From Octopus vulgaris (taxonomy: Eukaryota), in contig OX597818.1 in NCBI GenBank assembly GCA_951406725.2, positions 138,632,001-138,696,000 of the forward strand: DNA of 64,000 nucleotides, read 5' to 3'. Under the pieces are notes generated by a model. The model did not search any database. It was given only the letters and a program-made list of their open reading frames with translations, and had not been told where the DNA came from. This document shows, in pieces, positions 62,601 to 64,000 of the stretch. The translations under genes were made by a program, and so were the position numbers. How positions within the stretch are numbered: position 1 is the stretch's first letter; each line of letters opens with the position of its first letter.

Positions 62601-62924
62601 ACTTGACCATTTATATTTAATATTTTCTAAACACCATAAGCCTAAGCACTTGCTGGGATTGGTAGCTATACACAACTAACAGTTTTGTGTTCAATTCCAC
62701 TCTGGAACTACTTTAGCCCCAAGTCAACCAATGCCTGGTAAATTACAGAAACCCTGAGAAGTCCATTGTCTATATATATATTGTGTGTGTGTGTGTCATT
62801 GTGTTTGTTCCACCAATGACAAATGATATTTGTCTGACTGTCTCATAGGCCTACCCTTTGAGAAACACTGATTTAACCTAAATTTGAGACAACAGCAAAA
62901 GAAGAAATAAAGATAAGACTTTTT

Positions 62925-63130
62925 TCCTTGTTCCAAAGAAAAACGATTTCCTACGGCCTTATCGATCGCATTCTCACCTGGAATCGATTTTTATAAATTT
63001 TTTTCAAAACTTATACACACCCCGATACCGTCGGTATCTACACATCAAATTTGAGCGTAATCGGATGGAGTATGCCCGAGATCCTAGAAGCCACACACAC
63101 ACACAGACAGAACGGATTTTATATAAGAGA
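62925..63130 (-). mobile_element. Helitron/Helentron-like 5' fragment
   Basis: The minus strand starts A|TCTCTTATATAAAATCCGTTCTGTCTGTGTG...CCGATTACGCTCAAATTTG, typical of non-autonomous Helitron 5' ends. Confidence 0.6.
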
Positions 63131-63131
63131 T

Positions 63132-63148
63132 TATATATGGATATGTAT

Positions 63149-63182
<34 letters not shown>

Positions 63183-63510
63183 ATATGTGAGTATGTATAA
63201 TTATATATGTATATGTATATATATATGTATATGTATATATATATGTATAATTATATATGTATATGTATATATATATGTATATGTATATTTATATGTGTGT
63301 GTGTGTATATGTTTATATATATATGTATATGTGTATATATTTGTATGTGTATATGTATATGTGTATATATATGTATGTGTATATGTATATGCATATATAT
63401 ACGTGTGTGTTTATATGTATATGTATGTATATATGTAGATGTATGTATATGTATATATATATTTGTGTATGTAATATGTATATATATTTATACATACATA
63501 TATATGTATA
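63132..63510. repeat. (TA)n/(TATATG)n microsatellite field
   Basis: Direct reading. Confidence 0.95.
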
Positions 63511-64000
63511 AATTAATTAATTCTTTCAATTATATATGTTCATTTACGTCATGTGTGTATTTGTGTAGCTGTATATTAAGTTTGTATGAATTTGTATAGC
63601 ATGCTGATATTTGTACTCAATGTGTGGTCTTGATAGTTAAGTATTCGGCAACATTGTTATCCATCTGCTTGTGTATGTGTATATATGCGAGAGCCATGTG
63701 CTGATGAATGGACATTTATCAGTATATATTTCAACAAAGAACTGCAAACAAAAAAAAAATATCAAGCAGCTTCATTGCTGGTTCCAAAAGTGTTAGATAA
63801 TGGAAACGATTTAAATATTGCACACCTGTGCATACAATACTCTCTTTCAGTTCATTTTACGAATGTAGTACTTTGTGGTGTTTGTAGCAGTTCAGTTTTA
63901 GCAATCTATATTCTGTGTGTATTCTGAAGGTATGTGTACGAACGCGGCCATTTGTGTGCACAAATGAATGATTTATGCATGTGTATACTCTTTTACTCTT

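Overview
AT-rich, microsatellite-dense eukaryotic non-coding DNA, most likely intronic or intergenic sequence from a cephalopod (Octopus-like) genome. That assignment is inferred from the 5S-derived sequence and the SINE repertoire and has not been verified. I found no credible host protein-coding exon. Nearly all listed ORFs are microsatellite or repeat read-throughs, and the real protein motifs are 3' relics of retrotransposons (CR1, several RTE lineages, a Penelope GIY-YIG region) and of a mariner transposase. The window is tiled by at least four SINE-like families (my labels A-D), piggyBac-, hAT- and mariner-type MITEs, and Helitron-like pieces, often nested. A ~10.5 kb block (38402-48870) is repeated directly after a 100-N gap (48973-59452), probably as an uncollapsed haplotype. 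The most interesting items are: (1) a tRNA-headed short element with a 5' inverted duplication and a Penelope-type minimal hammerhead ribozyme (27637-28128); (2) a 5S rRNA-derived head, lacking box A, fused to the RTE-like family D tail (7580-7862); (3) an unexplained CpG-rich, highly structured ~170 bp insert (33340-33512). Coordinates were counted by eye and may be off by a few bases.
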